Shown: piece by piece, positions 24,965 to 36,200 of the stretch
How positions within the stretch are numbered: the stretch's first letter is position 1
Layout of the letters: the number at the start of each line of letters is the position of its first letter
Source: Okamejei kenojei
Lineage: Eukaryota
Assembly (NCBI GenBank): GCA_035221665.1
Contig: CM069161.1
Span: 15,872,001-15,936,000, forward strand
Direction of reading: 5' to 3'
Length of the DNA stretch: 64,000 nucleotides
Position numbers and translations under genes: made by a program
Notes under the pieces: generated by a model
Told to the model about the DNA's origin: nothing
Database searches by the model: none
The model's input: the letters and a program-made list of their open reading frames with translations, nothing else

Positions 24965-27900
24965 TTCGCTCCAGAGATGCTGCTTGTCTCGCTGAGTTAC
25001 TCCAGCATTTTGCGCCTGTCTCCCTTCCCTTGAACTTGGGGTTGTCTATGCTCCAAGACAATCCATGGCAATCCGAGGATCGAAGACTAACATTCATAGC
25101 CTCCTGCAAGCAATTCAGGAGAAAAGTCTTAAAACGTTTTCATCTTTTTTTATTGCTTCAATTAATTAATTAAAAAATAATGATGGTGAGGAAAAGGGTG
25201 GTTGGACCAACTCAGAAATAATCCAATTGGTAAATATATTTAGTTCCCCTACCGATAAAAAAAATTGCCCCTGATTGTCTGGGCTAAAAGCCCAGTACAG
25301 AAACAACTGTGAACCAAACTCTACTTCCGAAATTTGGGTCAGTTGAAGTAAATGGATTCAATGCAGATTCTCAAGACCTAACTGAGTCCACTGACATAGC
25401 TGCAACTGAATGTTGGAAATCAGATCAAATAAGGACTGTGGTTACTTCTCCAAAAGAGTAGTCCTTTCCCCACAGCCGTGGTCACTGCTAATGATACTGG
25501 CTTTTCTTCTCCAGTTTATCGAATTAAATGATTTCACCTTCTTCATCTGCCAAGGTGGTCTTTGGAGACATCTCCAGATCATCACGCCAGAACTCCAGAC
25601 AATTTGTTCAGTAACTTAAACGTTTATTTCTATAAAGATTGAAAATAGAAAGAAGACTGAAGGATGAAAGTAGTTTGCAGATTAGAGCCTTTGAAGGAAA
25701 TATGATGAACTCCACACGGAATTTTTAAAACCTGAGGATATGTCCCACTTGGAAATGAAGCATGGAGAACAAGAGAAATTTGGATAAACAATTACTTTGG
25801 TAGAGGATAAAAAAATGTTGTGACTGAGAAGAAGCGGCGACAACTATTGCAAGGATCATTGATTGTTTGACGTGCTATTTATCTAACAACAAGGAACGGC
25901 ACATGCTGGAATCTTGAGCAAGGCACACAATGCTGGAGGAACTCAGCAGGTCAAGCAGCATCTGTTGAAGGAATGTGCAGACAGCGTTTTGGATTGGGAT
26001 CCTTCTTTAAACTGACTCGTTGAGATCCTCCAGCACTTTGTGTTTTGCTTGTTAGTTTTATACACCGGAGAGCGCCAGATATATATGTTGCAAACGAGAT
26101 AAATAACATCCGAGGTGAAATACTGAAAATAGGCCTATGATATCAAAGTGGGTGGAAGGGAGATTGCTGTTTGATGGTCCCAACATGAAAATAGTATTCA
26201 GTTACTGCTGGTAGGACATCTTGCCTCAGATTAAATAAGCAGCAGTAACACAATAGCATGAGGCCGCATGATCACACCAACATTTTGTCTGGAGTAAGAA
26301 TAGACCAACCTCCATCCCAGAGCACATTAAAAGTAAAAACTTCACTGCATTGGATCCATGTTTAATAGTTTAAAAATAAAACTGCAGCTGAGCTCCACAG
26401 CTGTGAAATCCTTTGACCAAACGCAGTGACGTTGACTTTAACAGTACAGTTGGGATATCTGGTTTTGGTTTTAATATTCTTGTAAACCCATCCTAAACAA
26501 ATCCCTGAAAAATGTCCCTTTAAGAGCGGATCTCGGCTGCGTTTTTTTGGCAATGCCTTAAAACAAACAGTCTCACTCACAGCATGGAAAAAATTACTGT
26601 TCTTGCATCCCCTGGGCCCCTTTGATAGCCTGATGGAAATAGAACTTACAAAGGACGTATAGTTTGTTTAAGCAGAGGTTCAGTACTGGAAACAGTGAAG
26701 AGACTTGGCACTGCACAGCGGTTCTGGAACGGTTTGTATTTGAGGCAGCTGCTGGCAGCGGAATTCACAAGGAAAAAATTATACACCTAACCCTTCAACA
26801 AAATATTCAATTTATGGCTTACTCTGTTTAATACAGTTTCTTCAGCTTACGTCTGCTCTGAATGCAATGTGTCATTAGCTGGCTGACAAACCATTATCTG
26901 TTTAACATCCTTCACATCTCATGAAGTCAGTCTCCCGCTTGGATATGACACAACAAGGCCCATCCATTAGCTGCTGTTGTGGGTGAATTGGGGAATGAGT
27001 GCTGAGAGCTTAGAAGACGAGAGAAAAATTATTTGCTTTCCTATAGCATCTTTCTTGTCCCTTTTAGGGAATTCCCGACGCTCCTCCCAGCTCGTTACTG
27101 ACTACTGAAGTGTGGTTGAGCTGTGGGAAACTGACTGGTGCACAGTGAGCCCCCATGGCCGTTTCATGATAATGATTGGATAAACTGCTCCAGTGAGTGG
27201 ATGATAAATGTCAGCCACTACCCTGGAGATACCTGCCTGCTCTCCAGTGAGGTACTGGCAGAAGTTGCTGCAGTTTGTGTTTCTGGGTACCTTGACCTGG
27301 TTGGTCTGTTCCACGACAGCCTGTGCTTTGAGCTCAGCAAACAGTCCACCATCATCATCATCGTTGAAAACATCAACGGGCGCAGCGGCAGTGATCGCAA
27401 CTTTGCAAACAGTCCACCCTAAGTACCAACTTTTGGGTAAAGCTGCGTTATCGATAAACGATTGTTCAAGAAGAAACTGCAGATGCTGGAAAATCGAAGG
27501 TAGACAAAAGTGCTGGAGAAACTCAACGGGTGCAGCAGCATCTAAGGAGCGAAGGAAATAGGCACCGTTTCGGGCCGAAACCCTTCTTCAGCCTTATCAA
27601 TAAACGATTTGGTTTTTAAGTGTCTGATTAGATCGTATATTTTAATGATTTCTTTTGATGTACTCTCAGCCCCACGGCATTGTTTGGTTCTTGTTCATAG
27701 GTTTTTGGAGCAGAATTAGGCCATTTGGCCCATCAAGTCTACTCCGCCATTCCATCATGGCTAATCTATCTTTCCCTCTCAACCGCTTTCTCCTGCCTTC
27801 TCCCCGAAACCCCTGACACCCTGATTCTTAGGAAGGTGAGTGTTACCTTCTCCCAAAATCAGAGGCAGAGGTATTGCTAGTTATTGATTATAATGCATGC

Positions 27901-29685
27901 ATTAAAATCAATAATACATACAAACTTGCATTTCCTTGCTTTTTTAATTATGTTAGTGCTCAAGCATTGATGGTTGGTCAATCAAGAGGTGACCAATGTT
28001 ACTCGTGCTTTCTTTAGCTAAAGCTACATAGTATGTCTTAAAGGTGTGGTTTGTCCGGAGAAGGTACCAGAAATTAATTTGACCTGGTAAACAGAGAAAT
28101 GTGGATCAATATGGGGAAGAGTGAGCTCCATAGTTTATGAATGATGTGTTAGAAGTTGAGGAGAAGGTAAAAAGTGAATGAGATAGAGTCATAGAGAGAG
28201 TCATGGAATTATACAGGGTGGAAAAGTCCAACGCCCACATCGACCAACATGCCCATCTCCACTTGTCTCACCGATGAGATCAGATGTTCAGTATTGGCAG
28301 ATAACCAGAGCATCTTGTCAGATGGTGGTGGGAAGAAGAGACAATCCTGGAGATTAATGGCACGAGGGACATTCCAAGGATCAGGAATCAGTCTTGCAAA
28401 CAGTTTGATGACCTGACACACAATGGTGGCTGCATCCTCGAATACTATTTCTTCCAACTGTCACCAGCCTCAGCCTGCATTTCAACTCCTCGATCACTCA
28501 GGATTTATACTTACTATACATGTGCCAACTATTGTACCCAAATACGGCAAAGATAATTTATATGGCAAACCTGGTCACCAAAATGTCCTTCAGCGGTCGG
28601 TCTATCCTAAGAACCTTTGAATGCTTCTGTAACATGACACGACTATAAAAAGTAGCAAACACTTGTAAAATCTGTAGTTGAAGCCAGGCAAAACAAATCA
28701 TCCTAATGGGTATAAACCTTTATCATTCCCCCAACTTTAATTGAACACATTTCTCAGGAAGTACTAGAGAGCTCTCAAAGCTTTTTCTCTCCTTTGCTTT
28801 CCCTGTAAAGTCTATACCCCTCACCTGTCTTTACCAATCTGTAGCTGGACAATGCCTTTTAGACTATTATGTTGTGTGAAAATTAGTGTAGACTCATTAA
28901 GTCAGCTTCGACATTACTTCCCATGGACTCGGGGATAATCTTGACTTTGATTTCCACTGATATTCACTTCAATTAATATTGTTAAAATTGGGAGGAGGAG
29001 GATATATAATGGCCCAGAGATTCGACACCAGACTCATTATAAATGTTAAAATTTTCCTCAGTTTCAGCTCATCCTAAAGTCTTCTAGATATTGCAAAATT
29101 GAGTAGAATTTAGGAAATGTGCTTTGTAAATTACAATGTTCCCCATTTTCCTACCTTTGGTGGAAATATATTGAAATTGATTGTATTTGTCAGTCCATTT
29201 GGATCAATGTGTATTTCCAAAACTGAAGCCAGTAAGTTTGCCACACCATGGGACTTTATCCATGGCTGGCCAAAAAGTAGGTGAAAAAAACAAACTGCTG
29301 CTGAAACTCTGCAGTTAGGCAGCATCTCTGAAGGGAATATGCAGTTGACGGTTCGGGTGAGGACCCTTGATCAGTCTGAAGGGTCCCGACCTGAGATGGC
29401 GCCTATCCATTTCTTCACACATGCTGCCCGACCTGCTGAGTTCCTGCAGCACTTTGCTTTTGGGTCCAGAACTGCAGCATCTGCAGTTCCTTACTTCTCC
29501 ATCGAAGTGAAAATTCTGTGCTGCCATTTGTGTTGATTACCTGGTCTGTGGGGGCAGAAATGAGCAATTGTGTTCCCCCAACATGGAATCTGTGGTTGGG
29601 GAGTGGATACAAGCTGCAGAAAGAGGCCATTTGACCAGCCCGTCCTTAATGGGGTTTATATTCAACTTCAATACAAACCTCATTG

Positions 29686-29980
29686 GGCGGCACAGGTAGA
29701 GTTGCTGCCTTAGAGCGCTGGAGGTGCTCCTGACTAAGTCGATCCTGACTGAGGGCGGTGTCTGTATGGAGTTTGTACGTTCTCCCCGTGACCACGTGGG
29801 TTTTCTCCAGGTGCTCTGGATTTTCTTCCACACTCCAAAAACGTGCAGGTTTGCAGGCTAATTGACTTCAGTAAATTGTAAATTATCCCTGGTGCTAGCG
29901 TATGGGTTGATCACTGATTGGCACAGACTCGGTGGGCTGAAGGGCCTGTTTCCACGCTGTATCTCTAAAGTCTAAAGTCT
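29686..29980 (+). mobile_element. V-SINE (HE1-like)
   Basis: Same head, V-domain and tail as 8516-8831. Confidence 0.85.
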
Positions 29981-31035
29981 TGAACCTCCTCCTGTCTTAC
30001 AATGTAACCTTGCTGCCATCAATCACCCATCAGCCTACCCCCTTAAATCTATCCACAGTATGACAGTCTTGGTAAGGCCTTATTCTGCATCTTTATTTCC
30101 TGTTAAGTGTGTCTAAAATCTATGAAATAAATTTCAGTGACAGCAACATCATCTCAACTGTTTTTATTGTTTTGCCCAGAAACCCATCCTCATCTCCATG
30201 AACTGAGTGTACAAGCACGTGGCAGCTGCATGATGAGCTGTTTCCACACTCCTGTCCCAATGAGGTCTGCGTAGCAAATGGCATTCAGTGCACAGATGCT
30301 GCTTTATCGTGGATTTAGCACAAGCAAAGGAGGACTTTCCATGTGACGTAATTGTGGTAACAGTTTGGAGCGTGAAGAAAGATTTTTTTTTTTGTAAACC
30401 CTCATTCCATTTCCCAACTGGAATAATGGCACCCTCATCTATACACACTTAGATTAAAACCTGCCCGAATATTGCAAATTAGCTATTTTCTTAAAATAGG
30501 CCTGGAAGTAATTGGATCTCAGCAACACAAAGTGCTGGAGTAACTCAGTGAGTCAGGCAGCATCTCTGGAAGACATGGATGGGCGAAGCTTTGAGTTGGG
30601 ACCTTTCTTCAGCTGCCTACGGTCACCCATCCATGTCCTTCGATACTGCCGAGCGGCTGAGTTATTCCAGCACTTTGTGTTCTGTACAAGATTGCAGCAT
30701 CTGCAGTTCTTTGTGTCTACTTCTGAGGTTCCAATATGTGGACTGTAAGCCGCAACAAGATTCACAAAGGTAACATTAGCTTCTTACGGTGTGAACTATT
30801 ATCACTGTGGCTGCACAGAAATGTTTCAAGGGAAATAAAAACATGGAATTAATGCCCTACCTATGCGGCTGTGTTGGGGACAATGAGATTCGTACAAGAT
30901 CAGGCACTCTCTTTCAAATGCCTATCCAATTCCTTTTGGAAAGGCCTAAATGATTTTATCTCGATCACTTTGATAGGCACTGAGTTCCAGATCACAACCC
31001 AAACTTTAAAACTATTTTTTCCCAATTCTTGCTCG

Positions 31036-31318
31036 GGTACTTTCCCTGCAACCGCAGGAGATGCAACACCCGTTCCTACCCCTCTCCTTCACATCCATCC
31101 AGGGAGTCCAGCAACTCTTCCAGGTGAGACAGAGATTCATATCCCACATCCATCTCCTTCAACTACCTTTTAGTAGTCGGGCCTTATAGTGCCCCCATCT
31201 CTCCCCCCCCCCCTCCCCTCCCGACCCCCTCTTCCCCAATACAATTTCTTCGACCCAAATCATTGCCTACCCATGTCTTCCAGATCTGACCTGCTCAGTT
31301 ACTCCAGCAGTTTGTGTC
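31036..31318 (+). mobile_element. Penelope-like element 3' relic: Cys-rich pre-GIY-YIG linker followed by terminal repeat arm
   Basis: Frameshifted GTFPCNRRRCNT-SY...TSIQGVQQLFQVRQRF, followed at ~31248-31318 by the arm GACCC-AAA...CTGACCTGCTCAGTTACTCCAGCA. Confidence 0.7.
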
Positions 31319-33141
31319 ATCACACTGTGGATGGCTTCATTGTAATCATATCTTTTCTTTTCGCTGACGAGATTGCATGCAACCATAAAGCTTTTCACTG
31401 TACCTCGGTACAGGTAATAACAAACTACACTCTAACTCTAAAACTCTAAACCTATCTGCCTGGTTCTTGAAGCACCTCTTAATGGCAACAACATCTCTAT
31501 TTATTAAGTGTTAAAGAAGGAACTGCAGATGCGGGAAAATCGAGGGTACACAAAAAGATGGAGAAACACAGCGGGTGCAGCAGCATCTAAGGAGTGAAGG
31601 AGATAGGCAACGTTTCAGGCCAAAACCCTTCTTCAGTAGGATTTTAGGGTACTGAGACTAGAAGGCAGAGAGAGGAGGGTGTGAGAGAGAAACATCTCTA
31701 TTTATCTTGTCACAAATGTTCACCCCTCTATCAACTATCCAATAAGTGCCTGGAATAAATCTTATCCAAAGCATATTTTATCACAATCAAATATTGAAAC
31801 ACAATCTATTTGTGATTATGTTATCTTTGTGGTCAGGGTGTTTTTGCCACCTTGTGTAAGTCTAAAGGTGGGATAGGCTTGAAGCATCGAGATTGATCAC
31901 GTTTAAAGACTCTGATGCTTGATGTGCTGAAGGCTGCAGCAATGTGGATCGTTAATATACAAAGAGGCTGGACCTTTTTGTCCGGTTCAAAGCTCAGTTC
32001 CTCCAGGGTTTCTCCAGGGTATCTGGCCTCTTGAGAATTTGAAATGACTATTTACAAAGAGTTACAGAATCACAGCGCCGCTTCTTTAAAGAAATGGAAC
32101 AGTCACAAGATCGTCAGGAGGCAATGAATAATCGAGATCAATCTCAACCAAATAAAATCCTTAACATAATAATAAAGCAAATTTTGATCCATCTTTGGTC
32201 GTCCATCTGCAAGGAATCCACATTTTCCCCCGATTATTGGCTTAAAATGAACGTCATTTCATTTAGCACAATACAAGGCTTTCATTACCAGTGCAGAAAA
32301 ACATCTTGTGAATAGATGAAATAATTTCATCAATTTGGTCTGCTTCTGTACGGTCACATGTGAGGGCACTGGACAGATTTATTGCAAATATGCTTAACAT
32401 TATTTGTTATCAGAGCTGAGTTATCCTGTGCAACAATTATTAATTCTCCAAAGCAGGTTAATGTCTGCCTCCTGCAGAGATGCCAATATGTTTTTCCTTC
32501 ACTGGCTGCTCCTACTTATGGAAGTTAATGCACAGGCGGGGAACTGTATAATTTGCCTGATAGCTTACTGGAATGATTCAAGGCTATTTTTGTGCCATCA
32601 TATCGTGAGTGCAGGCGTGGGGGATGCCTACAGTAAGTGGCAGAGAATAGAGGCAACAGTTAGAGTTTACTGTCATGCATGCAGTATCTGTTCTGAGAGC
32701 ATAAAACTCCAGGAAAGATCTCAAATGATTTATTCCGGGAAGAAGAGCTTTGCATGTCACAGTTTGTACTTCAATTACTTTAAAATAAAATTAAAGGTTA
32801 CCATGCATCTGCCAGGATGCTATAATTAATTTTCATCTTGGCAGAAGTGTGATGTTCACAGATAATACGGTGCAATGTAAAGGGAGTCGTAAAGGCAATG
32901 GCTAATAAGAACAGTAGGACTTTAGGGTACTGAGACTAGAAGGCAGAGAGAGGAGGGTGTGAGAGAGATCACAAGCCAGTCATGTAATGTGTAATAAAAA
33001 TAAAACTGCTGGGGGGGGGGGGGGGGGGGACTCGGCAGTTCGAGCAGCACCTATGTGGGGAAAGGTATTGTCGATGTTTTTGGTCGAGACCCTGCATCAG
33101 GCTTATTGCCACATGTGATGCTGCTGTGGATCTGAACTGTT

Positions 33142-33283
33142 GTGGGTGGAAGATTGCAACCTTCACGTGGTCCGCCCTGTTTCGACTAATGTGATCAACT
33201 CAACGTGCACAAGCAGAAGATCAAATAGAACAAGTTGTCCTGCAGCATTAGGCTGTGCACGCCACACGTAAGAAGAAGAAGAT
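33142..33283 (+). mobile_element. HDV-ribozyme-headed short retroposon, copy 2 (ribozyme 33143-33196)
   Basis: TSD TCTGAACTGTT (33131-33141 / 33284-33294) and (AAG)n tail. The P2' substitutions remain G-U compatible. G1 is replaced by T. Confidence 0.88.
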
Positions 33284-36200
33284 TCTGAACTGTTTAAACC
33301 AGTGATGCCCCAGATTTCATCCTATAGCCAAGAAACAAGGCCAGAATACATCCATGTTTGGATGCTAAATGGCCCTAAAATCTCCAAAAGAGCAGATGTC
33401 TCAATTATGGAGCACATTTGTACACTGGCAAATACAAAACGCATGAGTGGCTGTGCCCACGTCTTAAATTGGCCTTGAGCCCTTTATGTATGCAATGTCT
33501 GTGTTGTCTTGCATTTTTAATTAGCTTATCGACACTCACTGTCTAAATAAAACTAAAACCAATCTGTAACATGTCAAAGCGTCAGATGAAAACAAAATGA
33601 TTCACAGCAAGAGAGCCCCTCATCCTGCAGATTAACCCACAGAACAGGGTTAAGGAGGCAGTGACTTAGAAGTTACTTTTTGGAAAGATCCCCAGGAAAT
33701 CATTCAATCCCACAAACAGAAAGACATCTGCAAAAACTTAATATAAAATGTATAATCATACAGCGCAGCCTCTCTGAGCAAGGAGGAAAGGATGCCCAAT
33801 TTCAGGAGGTGCAGCAAATCCGGCTTGTTGTAGACCAGGTTTACAGTGTGCATGCAATGATCCCAGAGAGACTGGGGTTGGGGTGAGGCTCCAAATTCTA
33901 GTTTCATGTCCTTTTGATAATTTATTGATTGACCCTCCAGTTCTCTCCCATATTTTGCTGAAGGCACTGACTCACACAGGGGGGAAGCCATTCCTCAGAT
34001 GCAAGGACAGACAGACTATTCTCCAGAGGGGCATCACAACAAAACCTATTTTTGCCAAATATTTTCCAGGGGAGGTAACGAGACAGGTGTTGTTCTAGAC
34101 TTTGCGTAGGGACGTGGAGATCAGTCTCTACTGCACTATTACCACCAAGGTTATGGACACCGCCAGCCAAGCCGAGTTGGCAGGGCTCAGTGTCAGAGAA
34201 GGAAATGACTTTGGTCATGAAATTATGCCACATGATACAAACAACCCCATTCACCGTTGCAAGGAGGCTCAACATCAAGTCCTGTCGCTCCTAGAACTCT
34301 TAATCTGATGATTCTCAGCTGGAGGTAGTGGGCGCTCAGGTAAGTCATCTGAAGCGTGCAAGGCTGAGCCAGGAGCCGACATCCCACTTCACTGACGTGC
34401 AACTGGAAATAGTGACTGCAGAAGAGGTCTCCATGGAAAGAACAGAAGCTCCTCAATCGCGCCCAACCAACCACATGCACACATGCACACACGCTCGCAC
34501 GCACCAGAAAATTAGGGCCTCTCCCAGTTTGATCCATTGTTGCATCCATCAGTCTTCTCAATGTCGGACTCCCCACCGAGGTTTGCCCCATCACGGGTGC
34601 CTGAGACAGGCTGCTTTCTTCCACCAAACCCTGTTCATCAGCTCTATATCATAATCGCCATGTCAGATGTGCATAGACCCGGCGATTCCTGTCACCAGTG
34701 TCTGTATAAGGTGACGTGCACAGGAGCGTCACGCATTGAAGCAAATGGTTCAACACAGCTTTAGGTTCTAAGCACACATCACCATGATTTTATCCTTCAA
34801 CAGCAAACCACGGACAAACTGTAGCTGATGCAAATGATGAAATTCCAGATTAGGCCTAAATGCAGGAGTACTTTCAAACATTGTAGCTGGGCTGCAGACA
34901 AGGCCGAATTGTTGAACAGTAACATTTACCATCGGTGGTCATTTGCAAACGGCAGTGAGCAGTCATATTCAACTCCTGTTATAAAACTACGTAAATAAAC
35001 AAAACCCATTTCATACTTTGTTGTAAACATCTATCACTCCAGTAGATCATGACATTGGGGTTTTGCCTCAGCAGCTATCAGAGGTGAAATCCAGAGACAT
35101 TGGCCTCGTGAATCAAATTATCTGGCCCAGTGTAACAGAGGGCTGGTGTTACAAAGGGCAACGTCCCTTCAATGTCATACCAAGTGTCAACTAATTGCGT
35201 GCTGTTTGGAGTGGGACAGAGCTGGATAATTGTGATTGTGTAGTGAGTGCCAGCTACTGTGATGAGCCCTGACCTGGACGTGTAAAACGGCAAAATTTTT
35301 CTCAGGCAAAGTTTAAGATCTCCTGAACAAACTTTACTTTGCTTTCCACGACACCACGCGTTTCAACAGTTAAACTCAGCAGCCGTAAAGAACTGTCTCT
35401 GCCCAAGTTCAAAACATTGTCCTGATTAGCAGAAGTGGAAAGACACATTCCTTAAAAGAACAATGTCAGGAACAGGCAAGTGTTCTGCTGGATAATTCAG
35501 TTTTGTTTTCCCAGAGAGCAATTAGTTGTTTAGTTTTTAATCAGCCTGTTTTTTCCACGGCTTGTCAAAGGAGCTGGGCCACAGTGTTGTGGTGACCAGC
35601 AGAAAGCAGTCTGAGAATAGAAAGCACACAGCACGCAAGGGCCTGTGAGTGACTGTCAGTGAGTCTCCTGTCGCTCATTGTTTTACACAGGACAATAGAT
35701 ATTGGGTGTAGACACGAAATGCTGGAGTAAGTCAACGGGTCAGGCAGCATCTCTGGAGAGAAGGAATATTGGGTGCGATACAAAGCACTTCCTCTTCAGA
35801 ACATGTGGTGCCAAGTGCCCTAATATTTTGCAGTTACATTTGCACGTTTATTTTGAAAGCTGCTTTCCCCCCCACTAATACTTGGGTCTTTCATCGCAGA
35901 TATAAACGAGATGCAAATTCCTGTTGATATTAATTTTCACATGAGCAGCAAATACCATCTGTCAGACCCCAATGAATCACTTGAGCCTGGGCCAGGCTAC
36001 AAATAGACTGCTCTTGGATGGGATCTGCAGCTGTGAGTGAGTCCATGCACAGCACTGGCCCTGGGATTTATTAGTCATGCACATTTCCACTGGGGGGGGG
36101 GGGGGGGGAGCGCTTGGTGAATGGTAGATCACCAATTGAGAACACAAGAGCTGAACTCTGGCTTTGCTTATAGAACCAGAGAAAACATTTGTTGGAAATG

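Noticed and set aside
27102-27420. ~105-codon open stretch on the minus strand (…DVFNDDDDGGLFAELKAQ…) as a possible cryptic cavin1 exon
   Set aside because: Weak polypyrimidine tract, no recognisable homology, and cavin1 is complete without it.
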